DNA of 64,000 nt. Origin: Vicinamibacteria bacterium. GTDB taxonomy: Bacteria > Acidobacteriota > Vicinamibacteria > Marinacidobacterales > Marinacidobacteraceae. Within the stretch, counting starts at the first letter, position 1. Each line of letters opens with the position of its first letter. The DNA is taken from NCBI GenBank assembly GCA_963668695.2, contig CAXXLQ010000001.1, positions 80,505-144,504 on the forward strand, read 5' to 3'. The notes under the pieces were generated by a model. That model saw only the letters and a list, made by a program, of their open reading frames with translations, ran no database searches and was not told where the DNA came from. Shown here in pieces: positions 1-10,686 of this stretch. Made by a program: the position numbers and the translations under genes.

Positions 1-105
1 GCAACCATCCCGACGAGGATCCACCAGGCAAGCGAGACTCTGGGGAGGCGGGGCACCGAAGCGAGACGGGCGTTCCAGCCTACCAGCGGTGACTCCCCGG
101 TGGCC

Positions 106-347
106 CTAGCAGCCTGTGGTGGAACCCGGGTGAGCGCCGAGGCCGGCCAGTCCTCCCGGTGGGGGCGAGGCCCAGTTCTCCCGGTGGGGCCAGTCCTCCC
201 GGTGGGGGCCCGGCTGACAAGGCGCGTGAGGGAGGAGTACCGGGTGTATTTCGACCGAAACGCAATGCAGAACGAAGCGAAGCGGAGTGGTTCAGCCGGG
301 ATGCATCGCCGGGCGAACGCCGCCTGGGTTCCACCACAGGCTGCTAG
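106..347. mobile_element. MITE-like modular repeat, copy 1 (inverted termini CAGCCTGTGGTGGAACC...GGTTCCACCACAGGCTG, CTAG at both ends)
   Basis: 17-bp terminal inverted repeat flanked by CTAG at 106-109 and 344-347. Internal modules recur at many loci, including three copies of the CCAGT(T/C)CTCCCGGTGGGG motif. Confidence 0.8.
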
Positions 348-358
348 GCGCGTTTAGC

Positions 359-1558
359 TCAGCGGAGCGTCGCCACTACCTTTCCGAGGGCCGTCAGGGA
401 GAGCTCCGACAGGTTCAGCTCGTCGCCGCCCACGTTCCGGAGCAGAATCACCGCGGCGTCGGTCCCGGGCTCGATCCAGGCAGCCCCCCGGTATCCGGCC
501 ACGCTGCCCCCGTGGCCATAGGCCGTGAAACTGTTGCCGTCGCTGTCGTCCGCGCGCCGCGCCATGAAGCCGAAGCCATAGCCACTCGAAAGATCTCCGG
601 TCGCGAACGCCTTGGTCAGGTTGTCCTGCCGGACATCTGCGGGAATGACCCCGTCGAAAGGGGTCCCGGGGGCTCCGGTCAGGAACCGCAGGAACACCCC
701 CAGGTCCTCGACCGTCGAATAGAGGGCGCCGTTCGGCACCTTGTAGCCGCGCCCCGCGTGTTCCCTCGCCGGCGTTTCGGCGTCGAGGCTTCCGTCGTCC
801 TCTACGGTGAGTCCTTCCGCGATGCGGTCCTCAAGACTCGGTGTGGGGAAAAAGGTGCTCGAGTCCATCCCGAGCGGAGCCAGGAGGTTCTCCGCCACGT
901 GCGCCATGAACGGCTCGCCGGCGGCCCGCTCCACGGCGGCGCCGAGCATCGCGTAGCCGATGTTCGAATACTGGTAGCGGGTACCGGGTTCGTACTCGAA
1001 GGAGGTCGCCTCGAGCGCCCGGAAGGCGGTATCGAGCCAATCTTCGGGGGCCCCCACCAGGTAGCGCGGGAGGTCCTGCGGTTCGCGGGCGAGCCCGCTG
1101 GTCATGGTTCCGAGCTGGAAAATGCTTGGTCCGGGGGTCCACGCATAGGGGTTGTCGACCTGCTCGAGTTCCGGCACCAGAATGGCGACCGGATCCCCCA
1201 GGCGCGCCTTCCCCTGGTGGACGAGCCGCAGCAGCGCCATGGCGGTGAACGGCTTCGTGATCGACCCGATGCGGAACAGGTGATCGGCCCGGGCAGGAAT
1301 CTCGCCCTCGGTGTCCGCGAACCCGAATCCTTCCGCGAACAGCATTTCTCCGCCGACGAAGACCCCGAAGGCGGCGCCGCCGCGTCCGTCATCCTCGATG
1401 ACGCGGCGGATCTGTTCGGCGGCCGCAGCGGCGGCCTCCGGCAGCGACTGCGCCACCTCCGGTTCGGATCCAGGCCCACAGGTGAGGGTGGCGATCCCGA
1501 GTAGCAGGGAAGCCGCCAGCGGGCGGCTCGTGAGCGGAAAACGAACGTGGTGACGCAT
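359..1558 (-). CDS. Serine hydrolase, beta-lactamase class C/AmpC-like family, probably a lipoprotein
   Basis: SxxK (FRIGSITK), YxN (YQYSNIGY) and HGG motifs; hydrophobic N-terminus ending LTC. Start chosen at MRHHV. Confidence 0.85.
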   Translation of the reverse strand: MRHHVRFPLTSRPLAASLLLGIATLTCGPGSEPEVAQSLPEAAAAAAEQIRRVIEDDGRGGAAFGVFVGGEMLFAEGFGFADTEGEIPARADHLFRIGSITKPFTAMALLRLVHQGKARLGDPVAILVPELEQVDNPYAWTPGPSIFQLGTMTSGLAREPQDLPRYLVGAPEDWLDTAFRALEATSFEYEPGTRYQYSNIGYAMLGAAVERAAGEPFMAHVAENLLAPLGMDSSTFFPTPSLEDRIAEGLTVEDDGSLDAETPAREHAGRGYKVPNGALYSTVEDLGVFLRFLTGAPGTPFDGVIPADVRQDNLTKAFATGDLSSGYGFGFMARRADDSDGNSFTAYGHGGSVAGYRGAAWIEPGTDAAVILLRNVGGDELNLSELSLTALGKVVATLR

Positions 1559-1678
1559 GTCGAAGGGAACGATACCCGGAGGCCGGGGACGGCGTATTGG
1601 GCGTTTCGCCCCAGGTGGGCTCGGTTGACAACGGGTCATTCAGGGAGCGGCGAAGGGAGTTCGCTGCGCTGGCGCGCA

Positions 1679-1707
1679 GCGATGCCGGTCTGGAGACCGG
1701 CGGTCCC
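1679..1707. repeat. REP-like palindrome GCGATGCCGGTCTGGAGACCGGCGGTCCC
   Basis: Hairpin GCCGGTCT/AGACCGGC. Related copies at about 40650-40678, 53244-53270, 56330-56340, 57572-57599 and 58658-58705. Confidence 0.7.
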
Positions 1708-1752
1708 TGAACCGCGTCCCGTCCGGCCGCAGGGCGTTCCCCGGCGCGCTGA

Positions 1753-2531
1753 TAGCAGCCTGTAGTGAAACCCGCGCGGCCCAGTTCTCCCGGTGGGGGC
1801 TCGGCCGGCGATCCATCCCGGCCAAACAACCGGCAGTGAAACCCACGCGGCCCAGTTCTCCCGGTGGGGGCTCGGCCGGCGATCCATCCCGGCCAAACAG
1901 CCGGTGATGAAACCCACGCGGCCCAGTTCTCCCGGTGGGGGCTCGGCCGGCGATCCATCCCGGCCAAACAGCCGGTGATGAAACCCGCGCGGCCCAGTTC
2001 TCCCGGTGGGGGCTCGGCCGGCGATCCATGACCGGCTGTTCACCGCGTCGCTACGCGCCGCTCATCGTTGCGTTTCGGTCGGAATACACTCGGTATTCCT
2101 CCCTCACGCGCCTTGTCAGCCGGGCCCCCACCGGGAGGACTGGCCCCACCGGGAGAACTGGGCCTCGCCCCCACCGGGAGAACTGGCCAGCCTCGGCGCT
2201 CACGTGGGTTCCACCACCGGCTGTTCACCGCGTCGCTACGCGCCGCTCATCGTTGCGTTTCGGTCGGAATACACCCGGTATTCCTTCCTCACGCGCCTTG
2301 TCAGCCGGGCGCCTCGCCCCCACCGGGAGAACTGGGCCTCGCCCCCACCGGGAGAACTGGCCGGCCTCGGCGCTCACGTGGGTTCCACCACCGGCTGTTC
2401 ACCGCGTCGCTACGCGCCGCTCATCGTTGCGTTTCGGTCGAAATACGCCAGGTATTCCTCCCTCACGCGCCTTGTCAGCCGGGCTCCTCGCCGGCCTCGG
2501 CGCTCACCCGGGCTCCACCACAGACTGCTAG
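1753..2531. mobile_element. Expanded MITE-like modular repeat with four tandem 71-bp units and three roughly 180-bp units
   Basis: Starts TAGCAGCCTGT and ends ACAGACTGCTAG; 71-bp units begin at about 1771, 1842, 1913 and 1984. Confidence 0.8.
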
Positions 2532-2542
2532 GATCGTCGCCG

Positions 2543-5500
2543 ATGCGTCGGCTTTCGCTCCCCTTGCTGTTGATGGGCGTCGCCGCCCTCGCCAGTGGGC
2601 AGGACACCGGGGAGCGGTTGGTTCGGGTGACCGAGGGCACGAACTTCGCCGTCGCGGCGTCCCCGGACGGCGAGCGGCTCGTCCTGGATCTGCAGGGCAC
2701 GCTGTGGTTGCTGCCGGCGACCGGGGGTTCGGCTGCGGCGCTCACCGATGGCCTGGGAGACGACCGGTTGCCCGACTTCCACCCCGAAGGCGACCGGGTG
2801 GCCTACCAGTCGTTCCGGGGTGGAACCTGGGACATCTGGCAGTTGGCCCTCCCCGGAGGGGAGCCCGAGCAGCTCACCGATAGCGAGTTCGACGACCGGG
2901 AACCCACCTGGTCTCCCGACGGTAGCCGGATCGCCTTTTCCTCGGACCGCTCGGGGAGCTACGACATCTGGATTCTGGATGTCGCAACGGGTGACACGAG
3001 TCCGGTTACGAGCAGCCTCGGCAACGAATCGCAACCGGCATGGACCCCGGACGGCGACGGCGTCGTCTTCGTGGCCACTGCCGAGGGCGATGCGGACAGC
3101 ACCCTCCAGTGGCTCTCTCTCGCGCCGGACGGCGATTCCTCGGTGATTCCGGGGTCGGCGGGGAACATCGCGGCCCCGGCGGTCAACCCGGAGGGGACTC
3201 AGGTCGTCTTTCGGCGTCTCCAGTACGAGGGACTCACCCAGATGGGTACCCGTTTCGACATCGGGACCGCGAGCGAGTGGGTGCTGGTGCCCCTTTCCGA
3301 AGAAACGGACGCCTCCGACGGAAGTGAAGGTGCGACCGCGCCGCGAGTCCTCGCGGGAGCGGGGGAGGATCTGTTCCCCTTCCGGCCCCAGTGGCTCGAC
3401 GCCCGGACCCTGCTCTATACCGCCGACGGTGGACTCCGGCGACTCGACGTGGGGTCTTCGCCGAGCGATGCCGAAGCGGAGCCTGCCGCTTCCGCGGAGA
3501 CGGCCGCCGAGGTCATACCCATGTCCGCCGAGTTGGGCGTTCGCCGGCCTCCCGAACGTCGCGGCCGGATCCGTACCGATTCGGAAGGGGCGCTCCCGGT
3601 GCGGGGCATCATCCGTCCGAGCGTCAGTCCGGACGGGACGCGGCTCCTCTACGCCGCGCTCGGCGACATCTGGACCGCCCCGCTTGACGGTTCGGAGGCC
3701 CCCCTGCCGGTAACCCGCGACACCTGGCTCGACACCGACCCGGTGTGGTTGCCCGATGGGGAGAGCGTCCTCTTCGCGAGCGACCGCGGCGGGACGATGG
3801 ACCTCTGGGAGAAACGGTTGGACTCGGGACCCGGCGCCGGGCTTGTCCAGCTCACCACCCGGCTCGGGGCCGAGGTGAGTCCGGCCGTGACCCGCGATGG
3901 CTCCCGGATCGCCTGGCTGGACGAACGCGGAAACCTGCGGGTCACGAGCCGGGACCTTGATTCCGGTCCGGACTCCGAGCGGGAGGAGGAAACCGTCTAT
4001 ACGGCGCGGCGGGGCGCCGGCATGCCGAGTTGGTCCGCGGACGGCGAAACGGTCGCGCTCGCCAGCCTGGTGCCGTACTCCTCACGCTACCGGGAGGGGC
4101 GGAACCGGATCGCGCTGATCGCCGCGACAACCGGAGAAGCACGGCTCCTCGAAGAACCGGCGGGCAGCTTCGGGACGCGCGATTCGGATGGCCCGGTGTT
4201 CTCGCCGGACGGAGGACGGCTGGCGTTCGCGCTGGGGGGAGGACTCGCGATCCTGCGGCTCAGCGCCGACGGCGTCCCCGAGGGGCCACCCGAGACCGTC
4301 TTCGAGGGGCCCGTGGACTTTCCCTCCTGGACTCCCGACGGGACGGCGATCGTCGCTCTTTCGGGTGCGTCGCTGCTGCGTATCGAGGCCGACGGCAGCG
4401 GTTCCGAGACCATCAGGTTGCGGCACGAGTTCCCGCTCGCGGCTCGTGCGGGAACGCTGCTCATTCATGACGTCGGAGTGCTCGATGTCGAAGCGGGCGA
4501 GGTTCTGGCAGGGCAGGATGTCCTGATCGAGGCCGGCCGCATCGTTTCGGTAACCCCGGTCGGCGAGCCGCCGCCCGAAGAGATGCGGGTCGTCAACGGT
4601 GAAGGGGCAACCCTGATCCCCGGGCTCATCGAGATGCACACCCATCCGATGACTCCGGCCTTCGGCAACCGCTTCGGGCGCGCGCATCTCGCCTACGGCG
4701 TGACGTCGGTCCGGATTCCCGCTGCCGCTACCTACCGGGTTCTGGAGGAGCGGGAGTCCATTCTGGCCGGACTCCGGGTAGGTCCCCGGATCTTCCTGAC
4801 GGGCCTCACCCTCGACGGAAGCCGCATCTACTACCCCGGCGCCGCCGCGCTCTCGAGCGGGCAGGGAATGGACGCGGCGCTGCAGCTCGCGCGGGAACTG
4901 GACTACGACGTCGTCAAGACGTATGTCCGGCTCGACGACGAGTCCCAGCGGCAGGCCATCCGCCGCGCCCAGCGTCTCGGCGCCTTCGTGACTTCCCACG
5001 AGTTGTATCCGGCGGTCCGGTATGGGGTGAACGGGCTGGAGCACGTCAAGGGCACCTCGCGCCGGGGCTTTTCGCCGAAGATGACGGACCTCGGCCGCTC
5101 TTACCAGGATGTCCGGACCCTGATTACCGAATCGGGAGTGTTCTTCACCCCGACCATGCTCATCTACGGCGGGTGGGAATTGGCGCTCGCCCGCGAACCC
5201 GATCTCGTCTCGTCCGACCGCCGCATCCAGGCGTTCCCGGCGTGGCTCGCTTCCTCGCTTACCGCCCCGCGGGAACCGAGCGGGAACCGCGAGGCGCAGA
5301 TTTCACGCAACCTCGCGCTGATGCGTCCCATGTGGGAGACCGTCAGTTCCATCGCGGCCGCCGGAGGCCGCGTCATCGCCGGAACCGATACGCCGATCGT
5401 GCCTTACGGACTCGGCCTCATCGTGGAGATCGAACAGTTGGCAGAGGCGGGACTTGGCCCTGCCGGAGCTCTTCGGGCGGCCACCCTCACGGCCGCCGCA

Positions 5501-5665
5501 GCCCTCGGGCTGGAAGGGGAACTGGGCGTCATTGCGCCGGGGGCCCTCGCCGATCTGGTGCTGCTCGACGGCAATCCCCTCGATGACATCTCGAACCTCC
5601 GCCGCGTGCGCGCCGTGCTCGCAAACGGGCGGTTGGCGACGCTGGATCAGCTTCTCAGCTTCTGA
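2543..5665 (+). CDS. Secreted amidohydrolase with TolB/PD40 beta-propeller repeats
   Basis: Signal peptide MRRLSLPLLL; repeated WSPDG/SPDG motifs; C-terminal amidohydrolase motifs PGLIEMHTH, GTD and GALADLVLLDGNP. Confidence 0.88.
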   Translation: MRRLSLPLLLMGVAALASGQDTGERLVRVTEGTNFAVAASPDGERLVLDLQGTLWLLPATGGSAAALTDGLGDDRLPDFHPEGDRVAYQSFRGGTWDIWQLALPGGEPEQLTDSEFDDREPTWSPDGSRIAFSSDRSGSYDIWILDVATGDTSPVTSSLGNESQPAWTPDGDGVVFVATAEGDADSTLQWLSLAPDGDSSVIPGSAGNIAAPAVNPEGTQVVFRRLQYEGLTQMGTRFDIGTASEWVLVPLSEETDASDGSEGATAPRVLAGAGEDLFPFRPQWLDARTLLYTADGGLRRLDVGSSPSDAEAEPAASAETAAEVIPMSAELGVRRPPERRGRIRTDSEGALPVRGIIRPSVSPDGTRLLYAALGDIWTAPLDGSEAPLPVTRDTWLDTDPVWLPDGESVLFASDRGGTMDLWEKRLDSGPGAGLVQLTTRLGAEVSPAVTRDGSRIAWLDERGNLRVTSRDLDSGPDSEREEETVYTARRGAGMPSWSADGETVALASLVPYSSRYREGRNRIALIAATTGEARLLEEPAGSFGTRDSDGPVFSPDGGRLAFALGGGLAILRLSADGVPEGPPETVFEGPVDFPSWTPDGTAIVALSGASLLRIEADGSGSETIRLRHEFPLAARAGTLLIHDVGVLDVEAGEVLAGQDVLIEAGRIVSVTPVGEPPPEEMRVVNGEGATLIPGLIEMHTHPMTPAFGNRFGRAHLAYGVTSVRIPAAATYRVLEERESILAGLRVGPRIFLTGLTLDGSRIYYPGAAALSSGQGMDAALQLARELDYDVVKTYVRLDDESQRQAIRRAQRLGAFVTSHELYPAVRYGVNGLEHVKGTSRRGFSPKMTDLGRSYQDVRTLITESGVFFTPTMLIYGGWELALAREPDLVSSDRRIQAFPAWLASSLTAPREPSGNREAQISRNLALMRPMWETVSSIAAAGGRVIAGTDTPIVPYGLGLIVEIEQLAEAGLGPAGALRAATLTAAAALGLEGELGVIAPGALADLVLLDGNPLDDISNLRRVRAVLANGRLATLDQLLSF

Positions 5666-5821
5666 CCGTTAGCACAAGAAAGCCGTTGGGAGTGCACATA
5701 TTTTTGGGGTATCGCGTTGGATCCCTGTGATACATTGCCGTCCCTCGCGCACCGTGTTCTCCGGGACTTAGTGGCCCACCGCGCCACACCGCCTGGACCA
5801 AAGAAAGGAATCAGATCGAGC

Positions 5822-6097
5822 ATGACCAAGGTGGAACTCGTAACGACATTGTCAGAGTTTGCTGGAATCAGTCGTCGCGAAACCGCCGCGGTTCTCGACG
5901 GACTGCGTGACCTGGCGATTGAGGAACTCAAGGCTGGCAACGGCTTCATGCTTCCGGGAATCGCCAAGTTTTCGGTTGCGCACCGGGAAGCGAGAATGGG
6001 CCGCAACGTCCGCACGGGGGAAGCCATTGAGATCCCGGCGCGGAATGTGGTGAAATGTAAAGTTTCACGCCCCTTCCAATCCGACTCCTGCGACTAG
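5822..6097 (+). CDS. HU family DNA-binding protein
   Basis: MTKVEL...GIAKFSV...REARMGRNVRTGEAIEIPA, the HU/IHF signature. Confidence 0.9.
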   Translation: MTKVELVTTLSEFAGISRRETAAVLDGLRDLAIEELKAGNGFMLPGIAKFSVAHREARMGRNVRTGEAIEIPARNVVKCKVSRPFQSDSCD

Positions 6098-6279
6098 CAG
6101 CCCGTAGACAAAGTCGCGCGGCGTTCGACCGGCGATGCATCCCGGCTGAACCGCGCCGCTACGCGTCGCTCATCGTTGCGCTTGGTCGAAATACACTCGG
6201 TATTCCTCCCTCGCGCGCCTTGTCAGCCGGGCGCCTCACCGCTCTCGGCGCTCGTGCCACTTTATCCACGAGCTGCTAG
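6094..6279. mobile_element. Minimal MITE-like repeat lacking the 18-bp motif, beginning at the HU stop codon
   Basis: CTAG-CAGCCCGTAGACAAAGT...ACTTTATCCACGAGCTG-CTAG. Confidence 0.75.
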
Positions 6280-6424
6280 CCTCCCGTTCGGAGGCCCGCC
6301 GCCGCGGTGGACCCGGCGCCACTTTGCCGAGGTCCCGAAGCGCCCAATCCGAAGCGCCCAATCCGAAGCGCCCGGTTGCGCGGATTCCCCTGAAACGGAT
6401 ATGCCTTAGCGGTTCACTTCATCT

Positions 6425-8062
6425 GTGGATTGCCAAAGGGAGGGCTTCGATTCGTTGACCACCGGCCGGGCTGAGCGCGTATCCGGGGCGTCGCCCCCGC
6501 TTTATCCGGCGACCGACCTTTCGGGGTATCGGGACGATGCGGCGCTCTGGCGCAGCGTGCCGATGGAGTTGGTGCGGCGCCACCGTTTCGTTCCGCTGGC
6601 TGAAGACGGCGAGCGGCTCTCCATCGTGGTGGTGCCTCCGGTAGTCGAATCCGAGGTGGACCGGCTCGAGTTGCTGCTCCGGCGTCCGGTCGTCGTACAT
6701 GTGGGGGATCCGGCACAGATCGATGCGATCATCGACCGGAACACCAACTCCAGCTTCCTGCTGGACCGGGCGTCCGAGGATCTGCGGATCGAGAGGCTCG
6801 AACGCGGCGACGGAGGTTCCGGCCCGCCGGTCATTTCACTCGACACGCTGGAAGACGGTCAGACCGGTAGCCCCGTGGTCCGACTGGTGGATTCGCTGCT
6901 CGTGAACGCCATCGAGCGGCGCGCCACCGACATCCACATCGAGACCAAGTCCGGGGAGGTCGTTCTGAAGTATCGGGTGGACGGCATTCTCTATCCGGCG
7001 ATGGAGCCGGTGGACCGGGCGCACCATCAGACGATCGTGGCCCGGCTCAAGGTGATGGCGGAACTCGACGTCGCCGAGCGCCGGGTACCGCAGGATGGAC
7101 GGTTCCGGGCGGCGCTTTCCGGCGGAGGCGATCGCGATCCCCGCACCGTGGACTTCCGGGTTTCGGTCATGCCGAGCGTGCACGGTGAAGACGTCGTGAT
7201 CCGGGTGCTCGACAAGCGCAGTCTCGGGAGCCGCTTCGAGGCGCTTTCGCTGGAAGCGCTCGGGTTTTCGGGCCGGGAGCTCGGGCTCCTCCGCGAACAC
7301 GCGCGTCGACCCTTCGGGATGCTGCTCGCCACGGGCCCCACCGGAAGCGGCAAGACGACGACCCTCTACGCCGTGCTCTCCGAGATCGCGACCCCGGAGG
7401 AAAAGATCGTGACCGTCGAGGATCCCGTCGAGTACGAGATCGCGGGAGTCACCCAGGTTCCGGTGAACGAGAAGAAGGGCCTCACTTTCGCTCGCGGCCT
7501 ACGGTCCATCCTGCGGCACGACCCGGACACGATCATGGTGGGCGAGGTTCGCGATCCGGAGACGGCCTCGATCGCGGTCCAGGCAGCGCTGACCGGGCAT
7601 CTGGTCCTCACCACGGTGCACGCCAACCACGCGCTCGACGTGGTGGGGCGCTTCCTGCACATGGGGGCGGACCCTCACAATTTCGTTTCCGCGCTGAACT
7701 GCATCGTCGCTCAGCGGCTGGTCCGAGTGCTGTGCCCGGCCTGCCGCCAGCCGGGGCAACCCGATGCGGCCGAGCGGGAGGCTCTGATGGATCTCGCATC
7801 GCGACCGGACCGGCTCTTCCGGCCGCGGGGCTGCCGGAAATGCGACGGAGCGGGGTACCGGGGACGAACGGTGGTAGCCGAGATTCTGTCGCTCAGCTCT
7901 CGGGTTCGGGAACTCATCCTGGCGCGGCAGGGAGGTCCCGCGATCCGGGCGCAGGCCGAAGGGGAAGGGATGGTTTCGCTGCGCCGGAATGCTCTCGAAC
8001 TCGTAGCGCGCGGAGTGACGACTCTCTCCGAGGTCGATCGGGTAACGGCCCGTGAGACCTGA
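6425..8062 (+). CDS. GspE/PilB family secretion or pilus assembly ATPase
   Basis: ATDIHIE, PQDGRF, Walker A GPTGSGKTTT, TVEDPVEY, LRHDPDTIMVGEVRD, and tetracysteine CPAC...CRKC. Confidence 0.92.
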   Translation: MDCQREGFDSLTTGRAERVSGASPPLYPATDLSGYRDDAALWRSVPMELVRRHRFVPLAEDGERLSIVVVPPVVESEVDRLELLLRRPVVVHVGDPAQIDAIIDRNTNSSFLLDRASEDLRIERLERGDGGSGPPVISLDTLEDGQTGSPVVRLVDSLLVNAIERRATDIHIETKSGEVVLKYRVDGILYPAMEPVDRAHHQTIVARLKVMAELDVAERRVPQDGRFRAALSGGGDRDPRTVDFRVSVMPSVHGEDVVIRVLDKRSLGSRFEALSLEALGFSGRELGLLREHARRPFGMLLATGPTGSGKTTTLYAVLSEIATPEEKIVTVEDPVEYEIAGVTQVPVNEKKGLTFARGLRSILRHDPDTIMVGEVRDPETASIAVQAALTGHLVLTTVHANHALDVVGRFLHMGADPHNFVSALNCIVAQRLVRVLCPACRQPGQPDAAEREALMDLASRPDRLFRPRGCRKCDGAGYRGRTVVAEILSLSSRVRELILARQGGPAIRAQAEGEGMVSLRRNALELVARGVTTLSEVDRVTARET

Positions 8063-8089
8063 CACGCCTGCCGGACCGGGAGGTCACGG

Positions 8090-8932
8090 GTGACCCTTTC
8101 CAGCGACTCCCTCGCCCGGCCGGACCCACCGCCGCGGGCGGATCTCGCCGCGCGGCTCCTGGCCCGGGACCAACTCTCTCCCGATGCCCAGCTGCTCCGC
8201 TTCGAAAGTGAGGCGCCGCTTCGGGCTCTGCCGGGCCAGTTCACGATGGTGCGGGTCGAAGGCGGAGGGCTGCTGCGGCGGCCCTATTCCTTCTGCGACC
8301 TGCTGGAGGACGGTGCGTTCACCCTGCTGGTCAAGGAAGTCGGGATCGGGACCCGCGCGCTCATGAAGATGCCGGTCGGCGGAGCCATATCCAGTCTGGG
8401 CCCGCTCGGGACCACGTTCGATCCGCCCCCTCCGGACCTGACGCCGGTCATCGTCGCCGGCGGGGTGGGAATCGCGCCCTTCGTGCTCTTTTGCCGCCGC
8501 CTGGCCGAAACCGGGCGCCGCGGGATTGTGCTGCTCGGGGGCCGGCGTCGTCCCGACCTCTATCTCCGGGACACCTTCGAGGGTTTCGGGATGGACGTGC
8601 GGGTTGCGAGCGAGGACGGAAGCGCCGGCCACCATGGGCGCGTGACGGAGTTGCTCGACGCCGCCCTCGCGGACGCGGGTCGGCCGCAGCTCTACTCCTG
8701 TGGTCCGACCGGAATGCTGCTTCGCGTCGCGGAGGCCGGGGCCGACGCCGGCGTTCCTCATCAGGTCTCGATCGAGCGCCGGATGGGCTGCGGGATGGGA
8801 TGCTGTTTGGGCTGCGTCGTCTGGGCCCGGCCGCCTTCCGGCGGCCCGGAGGAATACCTTCGGAGTTGCACCGAAGGACCGGTGTTCGACGCCGGAACAA
8901 TCGCTTGGGACCAGGATCCCCACCCTCTCTAG
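8090..8932 (+). CDS. pyrK: Dihydroorotate dehydrogenase electron transfer subunit
   Basis: PGQF, LRRPYS, AGGVGIAP, SCGP, ERRMGCGMGCCLGC, and CTEGPVF. Confidence 0.92.
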   Translation: MTLSSDSLARPDPPPRADLAARLLARDQLSPDAQLLRFESEAPLRALPGQFTMVRVEGGGLLRRPYSFCDLLEDGAFTLLVKEVGIGTRALMKMPVGGAISSLGPLGTTFDPPPPDLTPVIVAGGVGIAPFVLFCRRLAETGRRGIVLLGGRRRPDLYLRDTFEGFGMDVRVASEDGSAGHHGRVTELLDAALADAGRPQLYSCGPTGMLLRVAEAGADAGVPHQVSIERRMGCGMGCCLGCVVWARPPSGGPEEYLRSCTEGPVFDAGTIAWDQDPHPL

Positions 8933-9606
8933 CAGCCCATGGAAGAAGCACCCCGGATGGCCGCCGCCGCGCGAGACGCGCGAAATCTACGGATTTCTCC
9001 GAATGCGGAGCGCTTTTCCCTCGGGCGAGCAGCCTGTGGACAAAGTCACGCGGCATTCCCGAGCCAAGAGGGATGGGAGCCGGGTATCCCCGTCCCCCAT
9101 CCCTCTCGCTCCGGGGTCTCCGCGGTGCTGGCGCCCCGCTCCGGAAGCCCGAGCCAGAAGGGATGGGGGTCGGGTGGCCCCGCCCCCCGTCCCTTCCGCT
9201 CCGGGGTCTCCGCGGTGCTTGCGCCCCGCTCCGGAAGCCCGAGCCAGAAGGGATGGGGGTCGGGTGGCCCCGCCCCCCGTCCCTTCCGCTCCGGGGTCTC
9301 CGCGGTGCTGGCGCCCCGCTCCGGAAGCCCGAGCCAGAAGGGATGGGGGTCGGGTGGCCCCGCCCCCCGTCCCTTCCGCTCCGGGGTCTCCGCGGTGCTG
9401 GCGCCCCGCTCCGGAAGCGAGCGGCGATGCACCCCGACTGGCCCCCACCGGGAGAACTGGCCGCCCCGCTTCGCGTGGCTCATCGTTGCGCTTCGGTCGA
9501 AATACACTCGGGCCAGTTCTCCCGGTGGGGGCTCCTCCCTCGCGCGCCTTGTCAGCCGGGCGCCTCACCACTCTCGGTGCTCACGTCACTTTGTTTACAG
9601 GCTGCC
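8929..9606. mobile_element. Composite repeat between pyrK and pyrD: MITE ends enclosing four 90-bp tandem units (9061-9418)
   Basis: Starts at CTAG (the pyrK stop); inner CAGCCTGTGGACAAAGT...ACTTTGTTTACAGGCTG; 90-bp unit GAGCCAGAAGGGATGGGGGTC...CGGAAGCCC. Confidence 0.8.
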
Positions 9607-9735
9607 TGCGGCGCGAATCGCTACGCGATTCACACCACGGTTTTTCGTGGGCAGGGGAAACCCCTCCCTATACCCCGCCCCTGCGGCGCTCCGCGCCGCT
9701 GGTTCACGATGGGCGACTTTCGCCACCGGTCTTCG

Positions 9736-10686
9736 ATGACTCCCGTCGCCTTGCCGTCCGTCGATATGGGAGTGGAAATCGCTGGTCTGAAGTTGCCCAC
9801 GCCCCTGATTGCCGCCAGTGGAACCTTCGGCTACGGCGACGAGTACCAGCAGGTGGCGGACTACGACTGCATCGGAGCGATCTCGGTCAAGGGGCTGTAC
9901 CTCGAACCCCGAAAGGGATGTCCGCCTCCGCGAATCTGGGAGACGCCGTCCGGTATGCTGAACGCCATCGGACTTCAGGAGGTCGGAATCCGGCGTTTCC
10001 TGGCCGAGAAGCTTCCGGTCGTCCGGGCCCTCGGCAAGATCGTCATTGCCAACATCTGCGGCAGTTCGCTCGCCGAGTACGGCGAGTTGGCCAGGATCCT
10101 CGACCAGGCGGAGGGGGTTGCCGGCATCGAAGTGAACATTTCGTGTCCCAACGTTGCCGAGGGAGGGATCGAGTTCGGATGTGACCCGGACATGGCGGCG
10201 CGCGCCACTGAGGTGGTGCGCCGGGGGACCCGACTGCCGGTGATTCCGAAACTCAGTCCCAGCGCCAGCGACCTGGCCGCGGTGGCTCGCCGGGTTGCGG
10301 AGGCAGGAGCCGATGCGGTGTCCCTCATCAACACCATCCCCGCGATGGCAGTGGATGTGGAGACGCGCCGGCCGCGGCTCGCCAACGTAGTGGGGGGGTT
10401 GTCGGGCCCTGCGATTCGTCCGATTGCAGTCCGCATGGTGTGGGAGGTGGCGCGGGGCAGCCGGCTGCCGGTGATCGGCATGGGCGGAATCGCGAACGCC
10501 GAGGACGCCCTTGAATTCCTGCTCGTCGGGGCCGCGGCGGTGCAGATCGGCACCATGAACTTCGTGGACCCCGGGGTCTGGCGGCGCACTCTCGACGGCC
10601 TTGCCGCGTACTGCCGGCGGCACGAGGTTCCGGCGGTGCGCACGCTGACCGGCGCGATGCTCCCGGCTGCGGGGTCTCGGGCGTGA
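9736..10686 (+). CDS. pyrD: Dihydroorotate dehydrogenase, family 1B catalytic subunit
   Basis: ASGTFGYG, ETPSGMLNAIGLQ, EVNISCPN, KLSP, INT and GGLSGPAIRP motifs. Confidence 0.93.
   Translation: MTPVALPSVDMGVEIAGLKLPTPLIAASGTFGYGDEYQQVADYDCIGAISVKGLYLEPRKGCPPPRIWETPSGMLNAIGLQEVGIRRFLAEKLPVVRALGKIVIANICGSSLAEYGELARILDQAEGVAGIEVNISCPNVAEGGIEFGCDPDMAARATEVVRRGTRLPVIPKLSPSASDLAAVARRVAEAGADAVSLINTIPAMAVDVETRRPRLANVVGGLSGPAIRPIAVRMVWEVARGSRLPVIGMGGIANAEDALEFLLVGAAAVQIGTMNFVDPGVWRRTLDGLAAYCRRHEVPAVRTLTGAMLPAAGSRA

Noticed and set aside
1-100. Possible 5' end of a minus-strand gene (…VSLAWWILVGMV)
   Set aside because: Looks like a signal peptide but is too short at the window edge to call.
1757-2040. 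CRISPR-like 71-bp and 53-bp periodic repeats (also 60250-60480 and 63600-63860)
   Set aside because: Whole units are near-identical with no unique spacers; they are tandem amplifications inside MITEs.
80-2542. ORFs with recurring PPPGELG / PTGRTG / PHRENW / QFSRWG peptides, and N-terminal extensions of real genes
   Set aside because: They are translations of the non-coding repeat in all six frames, so there is no frame preference.
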